DNA of 64,000 nt from an uncultured delta proteobacterium (GCA_963706575.1 CAVPNL010000014.1:1-64000), one strand, 5' to 3'. Shown: positions 9,732-18,950, counted from the stretch's first letter. The notes: generated by a model not told the origin, from the sequence alone. Made by a program: numbers and translations.

Positions 9732-10894
9732 CGGAATCCGCTATAAATTCAGACAAGCCCGGGATTGCGCCGGCTGCGGAGACCACACCAAAATCCGGGG
9801 TGTCCGGCCTTTACGACCCCAGGTGGATCCTTGTGGCTCTGTGCTATGTTGCCGCTATTGCTTTAATGGGGCAGGACCCCTGGTATGGTGACAGGCAATT
9901 TACCTATAACCAGGGAATTTTTGTCGGAATTCTGGCATTCCTTATCGTGGCCGGATTTTGCTGGGAAAGCTATCTCCTGGGACGCCCCGCCGGCATCAAC
10001 CTTATTTTGCAGTTTCTGCTGATTATCCCGCTGACGTTGCTGATCGGGCGAATTGCCGGGCTGCCGCCGGCCCCGGAGGCTTCCTACGGATTTTTGGGCC
10101 AACTTAAGGATTATGTGTCTCATCTAAAGGACGAGATGGGATTCGGCAGTATCGTGCCGCTCTGGATCCAGGATGTTTTCCGAAATCCCGGAATTTTGCT
10201 GCTTATTTTCTTCACGGCTATCGCGTTTACCCAGCAAAAGAGCAGCCGTCGATTCGCGCTGATCGTGGTGGCGTTTCTCATTCCGTCCATGCAAACCCTG
10301 TCGCATGATCCGCGGCCCTCGATTTCATTCGGCATCGGTTGCCTGGCAATGATCATCGGAATTGCGCTTCAATACAGCCGATACGGACATATCGTGGGGC
10401 AGCAAAATATCCTCAATCGCCTGCACACGGTTGATGACCGTTCAGAGCTGATATGCAGTATGCGAATATCAAAACGCGCCGCCGAAGAGGGCTTTATCAC
10501 CGAGGACGGGGTCCTTGCCGTTGTTCAGCGCGAATATGGCAAAGTGATTGAATTCGATCCGCTGACCATCCGCGAAATTGCCCAGGCAATATCCCATCGT
10601 CTGGTGAGGGAACACCGCGTCCTGGAATTGCATGGCGATGAACGCGGATTTTTTCTGATCCCCTATGCCAACATTTTCAAAATCGATTCGATCTTCGACG
10701 AAATTGCCGTGTGGATCCGCAAAATCATTTTAACGGGGCTGGTAATTGTCTGGTTGATTTCACCGATTGATCTTTTTCCTGACAGCATTCCGATTATCGG
10801 CGCCTTAGACGACGCCTTGATCGCTCTCGTCGGGGCGGGGCAGTGGCTGGACACATTCAGGCGCAGGCGGCTTCCGGTACCGCAGGCGCCATAA
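9728..10894 (+). CDS. Polytopic membrane protein with C-terminal DUF1232/YkvA domain
   Basis: About 6 N-terminal TM segments, a soluble region, then WLISPIDLFPDSIPIIGALDD. Confidence 0.8.
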   Translation: MTESAINSDKPGIAPAAETTPKSGVSGLYDPRWILVALCYVAAIALMGQDPWYGDRQFTYNQGIFVGILAFLIVAGFCWESYLLGRPAGINLILQFLLIIPLTLLIGRIAGLPPAPEASYGFLGQLKDYVSHLKDEMGFGSIVPLWIQDVFRNPGILLLIFFTAIAFTQQKSSRRFALIVVAFLIPSMQTLSHDPRPSISFGIGCLAMIIGIALQYSRYGHIVGQQNILNRLHTVDDRSELICSMRISKRAAEEGFITEDGVLAVVQREYGKVIEFDPLTIREIAQAISHRLVREHRVLELHGDERGFFLIPYANIFKIDSIFDEIAVWIRKIILTGLVIVWLISPIDLFPDSIPIIGALDDALIALVGAGQWLDTFRRRRLPVPQAP

Positions 10895-10964
10895 TACAGT
10901 TTTGTTCAGTCATCCCGCATAGGACGCGGAGGATTTTTTGAGATAACGTAATATAAAAAAATTC

Positions 10965-11122
10965 GGTTATGCAGAAAGCCCAAGTTAAACTCTTTCAACC
11001 ACGAAGCGCACGAAGGACACGAAAAGGGATTTTAAATTTATTCTATCCTACCTTCGAGATCTTCGTGTGCTTCGTGGTGAGATAACTATCAGAGGTATTC
11101 AACTGGAGATTTTCAGATAACC
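10965..11122. repeat. Nested fold-back repeat: 9-mer CACGAAG-type hairpin inside an imperfect inverted repeat
   Basis: accacgaagcgcacgaaggacacgaa...cttcgagatcttcgtgtgcttcgtggt (10998-11078) within ggttatgcagaaagcccaagtt...aactggagattttcagataacc. Confidence 0.7.
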
Positions 11123-11155
11123 ACATAAAAAAAATATCTCTGGGGGGAAATCAAA

Positions 11156-12277
11156 ATGGCGAAAAACGGCGCTCAAGCAGTTATGGCAGAATTGCTGGCG
11201 CAGGCCGGCGTTACGATCAACGGTGACAACGCCTGGGACATCCGGGTACACAACGACGATTTATTCTCACGCCTTTTGAGTGGCGGTGCGCTCGCGCTGG
11301 GTGAATCGTACATGGACGGCTGGTGGGATTGTGAGGCTCTGGATCAGTTTTTTGATAAAATTCTGCGGGCTAATCTTGATCATCAAATCAAAAAAAGTTT
11401 CCGGCCGGCGGTCCATATCCTCAAATCCAAGCTGTTCAACCTCCAAAAAGCCAGCCGCGCCTATCAGGTCGGCGAAAAACATTATGATATCGGCAATGAT
11501 CTTTACGGTGCCATGCTGGATAAAAGGATGCTGTATACCTGCGGCTACTGGGAAACAGCCGACAATCTGGATGCAGCTCAGGAGGCCAAACTGGAGCTGG
11601 TGTGTCGCAAGATCAATTTGCAACCGGGGATGAGCGTCCTGGATTTAGGATGCGGATACGGGTCATTTGCAAAATACGCGGCGGAAAAATTCGACGCCCG
11701 GGTGACCGGCGTGAATGTTTCCAAAGAACAGGTCGATCTGGGTACCGAATTGTGCCACGGGCTGCCGGTGGAAATCATACGGGATGATTACCGCGCCGTT
11801 GACGGGTTATATGATCGCGTGATTTCCATTGGCATCATGGAACATGTCGGCTACAAAAATTACCGCACGTATATGGAAAAGGCCAGCCAATGCCTGAAAG
11901 ACGACGGCATCGCCTTTATCCACACCATCGGCAGAAATTCCAGTTCAACCACAAGCAATCCGTGGATAACAAAATATATTTTCCCCAACGGCATGTTGCC
12001 CTCCATTGCCCAAATCGCCCGCGCCATGGAAGGATTGTTTGTGATGGAGGACTGGCACAATTTCGGTCAGCATTACGATAAGACCTTAATGGCCTGGCAC
12101 GCCAATCTTGAAGCCGCCTGGCCTGAACTCAAAGATAAATACGGTGAACGTTTTTACCGCATGTTTCGCTTTTACCTGTTAAGCAGTGCGGGAGCGTTTC
12201 GGGCCCGCAGCAATCAACTGTGGCAGATTGTGATGACCAAACCCGGCAGAGATTGCCCGGATTGCCGGATCAGCTGA
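11156..12277 (+). CDS. cfa: Cyclopropane-fatty-acyl-phospholipid synthase-like SAM methyltransferase (possibly a 10-methylene-forming TmpB-type enzyme)
   Basis: LGESYMDGWW, HYDIGNDLY, YTCGYW, LDLGCGYG, ISIGIMEHVG, WITKYIFPNG. Confidence 0.92.
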   Translation: MAKNGAQAVMAELLAQAGVTINGDNAWDIRVHNDDLFSRLLSGGALALGESYMDGWWDCEALDQFFDKILRANLDHQIKKSFRPAVHILKSKLFNLQKASRAYQVGEKHYDIGNDLYGAMLDKRMLYTCGYWETADNLDAAQEAKLELVCRKINLQPGMSVLDLGCGYGSFAKYAAEKFDARVTGVNVSKEQVDLGTELCHGLPVEIIRDDYRAVDGLYDRVISIGIMEHVGYKNYRTYMEKASQCLKDDGIAFIHTIGRNSSSTTSNPWITKYIFPNGMLPSIAQIARAMEGLFVMEDWHNFGQHYDKTLMAWHANLEAAWPELKDKYGERFYRMFRFYLLSSAGAFRARSNQLWQIVMTKPGRDCPDCRIS

Positions 12278-12290
12278 CGGTAAAACATGA

Positions 12291-13268
12291 ATGCTTGAAG
12301 CCGAAGTCATTATTGTGGGGGCGGGGCCGGCCGGTTCTGCCTGTGCCTGGAAATTGAATCAAAACGGCACTCAAACCGTTTTGCTCGATAAAAAGGCCTT
12401 TCCACGCCGCAAACTGTGTGCCGGTTGGATAACGCCCGGTGTGCTGAAAAATCTAGAAGTTAAAAGTGGGGAGTACCCGCACGGAATCCTGACCTTTAAG
12501 CGGATTTTTTTTCATGTTCGCGGCAGGAAGCTGCGGATCCCGACCTGTCAGTATTCCATTCGCAGAACCGAGTTTGATTACTGGCTGCTAAAAAAAGCTG
12601 CGGTCCCCCTGCAGCTGCATGCCGTGCAACAGATCAGAAAAGAAGACGGTTATTACATCGTTGATAATTTGTATCGCAGCAAATACCTGGTAGGCGCCGC
12701 CGGAACGTATTGCCCGGTTTACCGGTCCTTTTTCAAGGAAGTCAATTCCCGATCACAGCAACGGCTGATTGTCACCATCGAAGAAGAATTCAAATACGAT
12801 TATCATGACGCCAATTGTCACCTCTGGTTTTTTGAAAATAATTTACCCGGATATGCCTGGTATGTTCCCAAGGCGGACGGCTATCTAAACGTGGGTATCG
12901 GCGGCAAATTTCTGGCGCTCAAAAACAGGGGGCAGACGATTCGCCGGCATTGGGATTATTTTATTGCCAAATTGGAGGAACTTTCTCTGGTAAAAGGCCA
13001 TACGTATCGGCCGCGCGGGCACAATTACTATCTCAGACAACCGGTGCCGGCCGGGCGGTTGAACAATGCATACATTATTGGCGATGCAGCCGGCCTGGCG
13101 ACCCTGGATCTGGGCGAAGGGATCGGTCCGGCGATCGAAAGCGGTATTTTGGCGGCCAATTCAATCCTGACCGGATGCCGGTTTTCAGAACGATCCGTAA
13201 CCCGCTACAGTCTGATCCATTTCTTATGGGCCGGAATAAAAGCGAGAATGACCGCAAGCAGCGTTTGA
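12291..13268 (+). CDS. Geranylgeranyl-reductase-family FAD oxidoreductase
   Basis: IVGAGPAG, FPRRKLCAG, GYAWYVPK, IGDAAGLA..GEGIGPAIESG. Confidence 0.88.
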   Translation: MLEAEVIIVGAGPAGSACAWKLNQNGTQTVLLDKKAFPRRKLCAGWITPGVLKNLEVKSGEYPHGILTFKRIFFHVRGRKLRIPTCQYSIRRTEFDYWLLKKAAVPLQLHAVQQIRKEDGYYIVDNLYRSKYLVGAAGTYCPVYRSFFKEVNSRSQQRLIVTIEEEFKYDYHDANCHLWFFENNLPGYAWYVPKADGYLNVGIGGKFLALKNRGQTIRRHWDYFIAKLEELSLVKGHTYRPRGHNYYLRQPVPAGRLNNAYIIGDAAGLATLDLGEGIGPAIESGILAANSILTGCRFSERSVTRYSLIHFLWAGIKARMTASSV

Positions 13269-13283
13269 TCTGAGGAATATGCC

Positions 13284-13772
13284 ATGACAGCGATAAAAAT
13301 TCACGGTTATTACCCGGGCGTGGTGGGTAAGATTACTGAAATCCACGCCGTCTATTACCATGAACACTGGGGATTTGATGTTTCATTTGAAACCCAGGTG
13401 GGCAGGGAACTTTCGATTTTTGTCAGTGAATATGATGAAGCGCGCGATGGCTTCTGGGCGGCCACTGCCAAGGGCATATTTGCAGGCGCAATTGCCATCG
13501 ACGGTCATAATGCAATGGCTGACGGGGCCCGGCTGCGCTGGTTTATTGTCGATCCTGAATTTCAAGGTGCCGGCCTCGGCAACCGCTTGATTTCCCGGGC
13601 GGTTCAATTTTGCAAAGACAAAAAATATCCCAAAATATTTTTGTGGACTTTCGCGGGATTGGATGCCGCCCGCCGGCTTTATGAGCGCCAAAATTTCCAG
13701 TTGTGCGAGACCCACGAAGTCGACCAATGGGGTCAACAGATAAAAGAGCAAAAATTTGAGTTGTTTCTTTGA
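13284..13772 (+). CDS. GNAT acetyltransferase
   Basis: LRWFIVDPEFQGAGLG acetyl-CoA motif; ARRLYE. Confidence 0.9.
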   Translation: MTAIKIHGYYPGVVGKITEIHAVYYHEHWGFDVSFETQVGRELSIFVSEYDEARDGFWAATAKGIFAGAIAIDGHNAMADGARLRWFIVDPEFQGAGLGNRLISRAVQFCKDKKYPKIFLWTFAGLDAARRLYERQNFQLCETHEVDQWGQQIKEQKFELFL

Positions 13773-13792
13773 TTTTCGGGAGGAGCCTGATT

Positions 13793-14383
13793 ATGCATAA
13801 AGTCGACGTAAAAATTGGTAAGTGGATCGAAGAAGGATTCAACCTGTATAAAAACAATTTCACAACCCTGGTTCTATCAGCGCTGATTGCACTGGTGTTG
13901 AGCACGGTTACCATCGGCATTCTGACCGGCCCGATGATCGCCGGTTTGATCATTATTACCCTGCAGCTTATACGCAAAGAGGATCCTAAACCGGAAGCCG
14001 GTATGGTTTTCAGAGGGTTTCGCTATTTTCTAAATACGTTTCTCTTTGTCCTCATCTGGGGAATCGCCATACTGGTTGGGTCCCTGTTGGTGGGGTGGTT
14101 TCCCATCATCGGGCAGTTGCTTTCTCTGTTCTTGGTCTATGCCGCCCAGGCCTTCTTGATGTTCGGTCTTTATTTGATTGTCGACAAACAGATGGATTTC
14201 TGGCCGGCATCTCAGAAAAGCATCCAGACCGTCAAAACCAATTTCTGGCCTTTTTTCGGCTTAGCGGCGATTGCCAGCATCATTGGCAGCCTGGGCGCAC
14301 TTGCTTTCGGCATCGGTGTCGTTCTTACCATCCCGATTCAGATCTGTATTTTGGCCGTTGCCTATCAGGAAATATTTGCCTAG
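13793..14383 (+). CDS. Integral membrane protein of unknown function
   Basis: ATG 13793 after GGAGGAG; about 5 TM segments; stop TAG coincides with a MITE terminus. Confidence 0.85.
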   Translation: MHKVDVKIGKWIEEGFNLYKNNFTTLVLSALIALVLSTVTIGILTGPMIAGLIIITLQLIRKEDPKPEAGMVFRGFRYFLNTFLFVLIWGIAILVGSLLVGWFPIIGQLLSLFLVYAAQAFLMFGLYLIVDKQMDFWPASQKSIQTVKTNFWPFFGLAAIASIIGSLGALAFGIGVVLTIPIQICILAVAYQEIFA

Positions 14384-14612
14384 AAATGGTTTCAAAACCT
14401 CAGATCAGGTTCCCCGCTTTAACGCGGGATTGCACGTCTTTATTTTAACAAATTATTGTGCGCATCAAGGGCTAAAAGTGCCTAAAGTAAACTAAAACTT
14501 GAGCCTCACGCAAAGCCGCAAAAAAACACGCGCGCAAAGACCCGAAGGTTTTTTATTGTTTAAACTAAAATTCTTTGCGGCTTGGCGACTTTGCGTGAAC
14601 AAGAAATTAAAA
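14381..14612. mobile_element. Left arm of composite fold-back element (MITE terminal repeat, ~50 bp insert, TCACGCAAAG hairpin)
   Basis: TAGAAATGGTTTCAAAACCTCAGATCAGGTT (14381-14411) matches the reverse complement of 16604-16634 at 30/31. Confidence 0.75.
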
Positions 14613-14812
14613 AGAAATGCCATCAGCCACACCGGACGTATCGTCTCAAGAGCCGTTTTAACGCGCAGCTTGCGCTCCTTCCCGCTAGAATGGATTCCGT
14701 GTCGGATTCAATAACCGGCCGCCAAAGGCTGTCTTGAATTTTGCTAAAAAGTGTATAATTTAGCTTAACCAAAAACGATTTTACCGGTTTTTAGCCGAAG
14801 GAGGGCCAGATT

Positions 14813-15235
14813 ATGAAAGAGAAGCGCAATATACACCTGAAAGTCCAGGAATTATGTGATTGTTATGCGACCAACGATCCGTTGAAGGAAATGTCAGAAA
14901 TTAAAGGAGACAGCGATCAAGATGAAGCCGCGGCAAAATGGTTCGCCCTGGCCGCGCTGCATGGCGTGAACGATAACGCTAAAGAGGTTTCAATTACGCG
15001 CTCACCGGACGGAAACATCAAGGTAACCGCCAAATACCGGGAAGCCGAACTGCCATCACCGGGCGCTGAGATCGGTGAAAAGATCATTAACGCAGTGCGT
15101 GAAATCACCCATATCGAGGGCGGCAAAGGCAAATCCCCTCTGGCTTTGGGTATCCGTGAAGACAGCATCGAACTCAAGATCAAAATGAAATCCAAAGATA
15201 AAGGGGAAAGGGTTACCATAAAATTCCCTGGCTAA
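14813..15235 (+). CDS. Hypothetical protein resembling a stand-alone N2D domain of PilB/GspE ATPases
   Basis: GGAGGG RBS; the segment ALHGVNDNAKEVSI...IINAVREITHI...SIELKIK..KGERVTIKF parallels PilB ASDIHI...IDFRVS..GEKVVLR by eye; no Walker motifs. Confidence 0.75.
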   Translation: MKEKRNIHLKVQELCDCYATNDPLKEMSEIKGDSDQDEAAAKWFALAALHGVNDNAKEVSITRSPDGNIKVTAKYREAELPSPGAEIGEKIINAVREITHIEGGKGKSPLALGIREDSIELKIKMKSKDKGERVTIKFPG

Positions 15236-15382
15236 CATGAACCCATCTAAAAAATAGGATTTTGGTTCCAGATCGCGGCGGGGCTGAGTTTCTAACCGCA
15301 GGCATACTGTTGTATGTCGAGGATTTGAAACGAGGCACCAACAAAGATATGGGGCCAAAAGACATTTTTGAGATAGCTTCAT

Positions 15383-15793
15383 ATGAATCGCACTACCTTA
15401 TTGAAAGCGGATGCGGCCATCAATCTTATTCTGGGAATCTTGCTGATGGCGTTTCCCGCAGGACTGGTGAAGGCATTGGGAATACCGATGACGGATCCCT
15501 CTTTTTATGCGACGATTCTGGGAGGGGTGCTTTTCGGCATTGGCCTGGCCTTGCTGGTTGAGTGCTATCGTAAATCCAGCCGATTTGTTGGGTTAGGCCT
15601 GGGGGGTGCCATAGCGATTAATCTTTGTGGCGGATTCGTACTGGCAGCCTGGCTGCTTTCCGATAAATTAACCCTGCCGTTGAGAGGACAAATCTTCCTC
15701 TGGTCACTGATCGTGTTACTGGTGGGAATCAGTCTGCTTGAGGGTTTAACCCATTTTCGAAAGGGGAAGTTGCTGTCATCAGATGAGGTGTAA
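15383..15793 (+). CDS. Small four-TM membrane protein
   Basis: Four hydrophobic segments; overlaps next gene. Confidence 0.8.
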   Translation: MNRTTLLKADAAINLILGILLMAFPAGLVKALGIPMTDPSFYATILGGVLFGIGLALLVECYRKSSRFVGLGLGGAIAINLCGGFVLAAWLLSDKLTLPLRGQIFLWSLIVLLVGISLLEGLTHFRKGKLLSSDEV

Positions 15794-16436
15794 GGTTATC
15801 ACAATCGGCATGCTGTGGTTGTTTTTATTATCGGGTTGCGCCGCCATCCAAAGGGAAAAAATACCTGCAGAGCGCATTATCCCGGAACTGAAATGGAATC
15901 TGGCAAGCTATGCTGAATTTGTGAAAGAAAATATGGCGGAAATTAATGCCAATTATTCAAAAGAGTATGCCCCTTATGAGTTTGTCGTCGATACGGATTA
16001 CGGCAGCACCGTGATACAAAACCTGCTTGATCCTGGGTCGGCAACAGCAATTAACACCGGGGTGCCGCTTGTTGCCAATCCGCAACCTTCAGAGCCATTG
16101 ATGCCCATCTTCCACCACATCATCGATCATTACGATTACATTTTGGATCCCGGCAAATGGCAATCGATTGAAGAAACCATCAGAGCCAAACGAGGCGACT
16201 GTAAAAGTTTATCCCTGCTGTTGATGTCATGTTTGGCAGCCGCCGGCTATGATACATATGCAGCCATTTCCAACGGACACATGTGGGTTAACGTAAACCA
16301 CGAAAACCAATGGCAGGTCCTGGAGCTGGATCGGGACCGTGAAAGAAATACCATCTACCGCATTCCCGGCTTTTACGAAAACCCGCTTTACAAGATTTAC
16401 CCGGATCGCTCCGAAAAAAGAAAAAGAATCAAGTAA
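15783..16436 (+). CDS. Transglutaminase-like lipoprotein
   Basis: Lipobox LSGC; RGDCKSLSLLL..GHMWV..ELD Cys-His-Asp pattern. Confidence 0.82.
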   Translation: MRCKVITIGMLWLFLLSGCAAIQREKIPAERIIPELKWNLASYAEFVKENMAEINANYSKEYAPYEFVVDTDYGSTVIQNLLDPGSATAINTGVPLVANPQPSEPLMPIFHHIIDHYDYILDPGKWQSIEETIRAKRGDCKSLSLLLMSCLAAAGYDTYAAISNGHMWVNVNHENQWQVLELDRDRERNTIYRIPGFYENPLYKIYPDRSEKRKRIK

Positions 16437-16459
16437 CCATAAAAAGGGAATTCTGTCCA

Positions 16460-16634
16460 TTTTAATTTCTTGTTCACGCAAAGCCGCAAAAAAACACGCG
16501 CGCAAAGACTCGAAGGTTTTTTGAAGTTAAATTAAAATTCTTTGCGGCTTAGCGTCTTTGCGTGAGGCCAAGCATTAGTCCACTATAGGCGTTTTTAACC
16601 CTAAACCTGATCTGAGGCTTTGAAACCATTTCTA
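16460..16634. mobile_element. Right arm of composite fold-back element
   Basis: ttttaatttcttgt, TCACGCAAAG hairpin, then AACCTGATCTGAGGCTTTGAAACCATTTCTA; flanks inverted relative to 14381-14612. Confidence 0.75.
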
Positions 16635-16653
16635 TGGTTTACGGTTTGTTAAA

Positions 16654-17595
16654 ATGCAATCCATTGAAAAAATGAAACCTGTTGAAATTTTAAAGAACCT
16701 GTATTTTATCGAACGCGGTTTTCTCAACGCCAACCATTTTGTCTACCGGTCGGATAACCCGATCCTGATCGACACCGCCTACATTGCCGACTTTGATGAA
16801 ACCGCCGGCCTGATCGCACAGCTGAATGTCAAGCTATCAGATGTGCAATTGATCATCAGCACCCACTGCCACTGCGACCACATCGGGGGCAATAAACGCA
16901 TTCAAGATCAATCCGGCTGTGATATCGCATTGCATCAGATCGGTAAGTATTTCATCGATGCTCGAGATGATTGGGCTACCTGGTGGAAATACTTTAACCA
17001 GGAAGCTGATTTCTTTGACTGCACCAGGGCCATAAATAATGGCGATGTTCTTTTGATCGGTCCGCATGAATTCGAGGTCATTCACACACCGGGCCATGCC
17101 TCGGAGGGAATTGTGCTTTATAACCGAAAGGAAAGGCTTTTGATCTCTTCCGACACTCTCTGGAAAAATGACATGGCCGTGATGAATCTGAGGATTGAAG
17201 GCAGTGCAGCGCTTTTTCACATGCTGGAATCCCTTGAAAAGCTGGAATCTCTGGATGTTCAGATAGTTTATCCGGGTCACGGCCCTCCTTTCAGGGACAT
17301 GCCCAAAGCCTTATCCAAAACCAGAAAACGGCTAAATCACTTTTTGAATCATCGCGACCAGCTCGGGCTCGACTTATTGAAAAAAATTATGATTTATACA
17401 TTGATGATGCGCAAAACCGTGGACAACGAGTCGTTTTTCGATGATCTCATGCAAACCCATTGGTATAAAGAAACCGTCGATCTGTATTTCAACGGTGAAT
17501 ACCAGACAAAATATGAAGCCATCATGCAGGATTTTCGAAAGCGTGGGATTGTAAAAATGAAACAGGATAAATTTTTTACAACCGTCAAATCCTGA
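16654..17595 (+). CDS. Metallo-beta-lactamase-fold hydrolase
   Basis: THCHCDHIGG, HTPGH, SSD and YPGHG motifs. Confidence 0.92.
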   Translation: MQSIEKMKPVEILKNLYFIERGFLNANHFVYRSDNPILIDTAYIADFDETAGLIAQLNVKLSDVQLIISTHCHCDHIGGNKRIQDQSGCDIALHQIGKYFIDARDDWATWWKYFNQEADFFDCTRAINNGDVLLIGPHEFEVIHTPGHASEGIVLYNRKERLLISSDTLWKNDMAVMNLRIEGSAALFHMLESLEKLESLDVQIVYPGHGPPFRDMPKALSKTRKRLNHFLNHRDQLGLDLLKKIMIYTLMMRKTVDNESFFDDLMQTHWYKETVDLYFNGEYQTKYEAIMQDFRKRGIVKMKQDKFFTTVKS

Positions 17596-17675
17596 TGCGT
17601 AATCCAAGGCAAAATGAAAAAACGATTAAAAGTTTACCCGCGACGATCTCCAAATAGGGGGGATAGGAGGTAATA

Positions 17676-17951
17676 ATGAGCAAAATTAAGGTGGAACGCA
17701 AACCTACCAAAGAGCGGCTGGAAGAACTCGGTGTCGGTGAATGGCCGATCTGGACCAAGGAATCCTCGGAATTTCCGTGGTCGTATGATGAGCCGGAAAC
17801 CTGTTATTTTCTGGAAGGTGAGGTGGTGGTGACTCCCGACGGCGAAGCGCCGGTAGAAGTCGGCAAAGGGGATCTGGTAACATTTCCACAAGGCATGTCC
17901 TGCACCTGGAACATACGCAAAGACGTCAAAAAACATTATCGGTTTGGATAA
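17676..17951 (+). CDS. Small cupin (DUF861/cupin_3-like)
   Basis: AGGAGG RBS; WPIWTKE..FPWSY..ETCYFLEGEV..GDLVTFPQG..CTW. Confidence 0.9.
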   Translation: MSKIKVERKPTKERLEELGVGEWPIWTKESSEFPWSYDEPETCYFLEGEVVVTPDGEAPVEVGKGDLVTFPQGMSCTWNIRKDVKKHYRFG

Positions 17952-17958
17952 ATTTTTT

Positions 17959-18047
17959 ATTGCGGATTTTGGATTGCGGATTGCGGATTGAAATATCAGA
18001 CATGTCGCGAATTCAAAATCCGAAATCCGCATTCCGAAATCCGAAAT
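17959..18047. repeat. Heptamer fold-back repeat (ATTGCGG)n...(ATCCGAA)n
   Basis: attgcggattttggattgcggattgcggattg ... aaatccgaaatccgcattccgaaatccgaaat. Confidence 0.85.
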
Positions 18048-18095
18048 TTTGAGTGTTCCATTACCCCAAGAATACAGATTTGAGACCTAAACATC

Positions 18096-18875
18096 TTGAC
18101 ATTCTCAAAGCATAAATTGGTAGACGTGCATGCCCACATTTGCGACCCCGCTTTCGATAAAGACAGAACTGAGGTGCTGGAAAGGGCCCACAAGGCCGGT
18201 GTGGTTGCCATTATTGCGGTTGGAGAAAATCTTGCGGATGCACGCAAGAACCTCAAACTGGCCAAAAAGTATCCGATGCTGAAGCCTGCGGCGGGACTCT
18301 ATCCGTCTGTCCTCGACTTAAACCAGGCGAACGAGATGGCAGACTATATTCGCCAAAACCAATCTCGCTTGGTCGCCATCGGTGAAGTGGGACTGGATTA
18401 CTGGGTGGTCAAGGAAGCGCCGGAAAAGGCGCTGCAGAGAGAAATTCTCATACAATTTATTGAACTATCAAAAGAGTTGGATCTTCCGTTGAACATCCAC
18501 TCTCGATCCGCCGGTCGCCACGCAATTGCGCTGTTACTGGAAAACAATGCCGCCCGGGTGCAGATGCATGCCTTTGACGGTAAGGCCGCTGCGGCGCTGC
18601 CGGCGGTTGAAGCCGGGTATTTTTTTTCAATCCCACCGTCTGTCGTCCGTAGCCGCCAGAAACAAAAGCTGGTCAAACGGCTACCCCTTTCCTGTCTGCT
18701 GGTTGAAACCGACAGCCCGGTTTTGGGGCCCTCGCCGGACGAGCGCAATGAACCGGCAAATATCGGCCACTCCGTCAGAGCCGTCGCAGCGCTCAAAGAA
18801 ATTACTGAAGAAGCGGTCATTGCGGCTGTTTCAGAGAATACGGAAAGGTTGTATGGAAAATTTGAGAGTGCCTAA
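18096..18875 (+). CDS. tatD: TatD-family hydrolase/DNase
   Basis: DVHAH, AIGEVGLDY, NIHSR, MHAF, LVETDSP, RNEP; TTG start uncertain. Confidence 0.9.
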   Translation: MTFSKHKLVDVHAHICDPAFDKDRTEVLERAHKAGVVAIIAVGENLADARKNLKLAKKYPMLKPAAGLYPSVLDLNQANEMADYIRQNQSRLVAIGEVGLDYWVVKEAPEKALQREILIQFIELSKELDLPLNIHSRSAGRHAIALLLENNAARVQMHAFDGKAAAALPAVEAGYFFSIPPSVVRSRQKQKLVKRLPLSCLLVETDSPVLGPSPDERNEPANIGHSVRAVAALKEITEEAVIAAVSENTERLYGKFESA

Positions 18876-18908
18876 AATGCCTAAAGTGAGCTAAAATGCC
18901 TAAAATTA
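18866..18908. repeat. TGCCTAAAA-type tandem repeat supplying the tatD stop
   Basis: gagtgccTAAaatgcctaaagtgagctaaaatgcctaaaa. Confidence 0.8.
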
Positions 18909-18950
18909 TTAAATGGAATTGATCCATTTTTAAAATATATTGAAACAAAT

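Noticed and set aside
10912..10940. Possible terminator after the DUF1232 gene
   Set aside because: The stem is short and imperfect; not enough support to call.
17634..18265. Minus-strand ORFs with RISDFEF/IRNPKSAI-type sequence, and the N-terminal extension of 8574-9731
   Set aside because: Translations of heptamer repeats overlapping real genes on the other strand.
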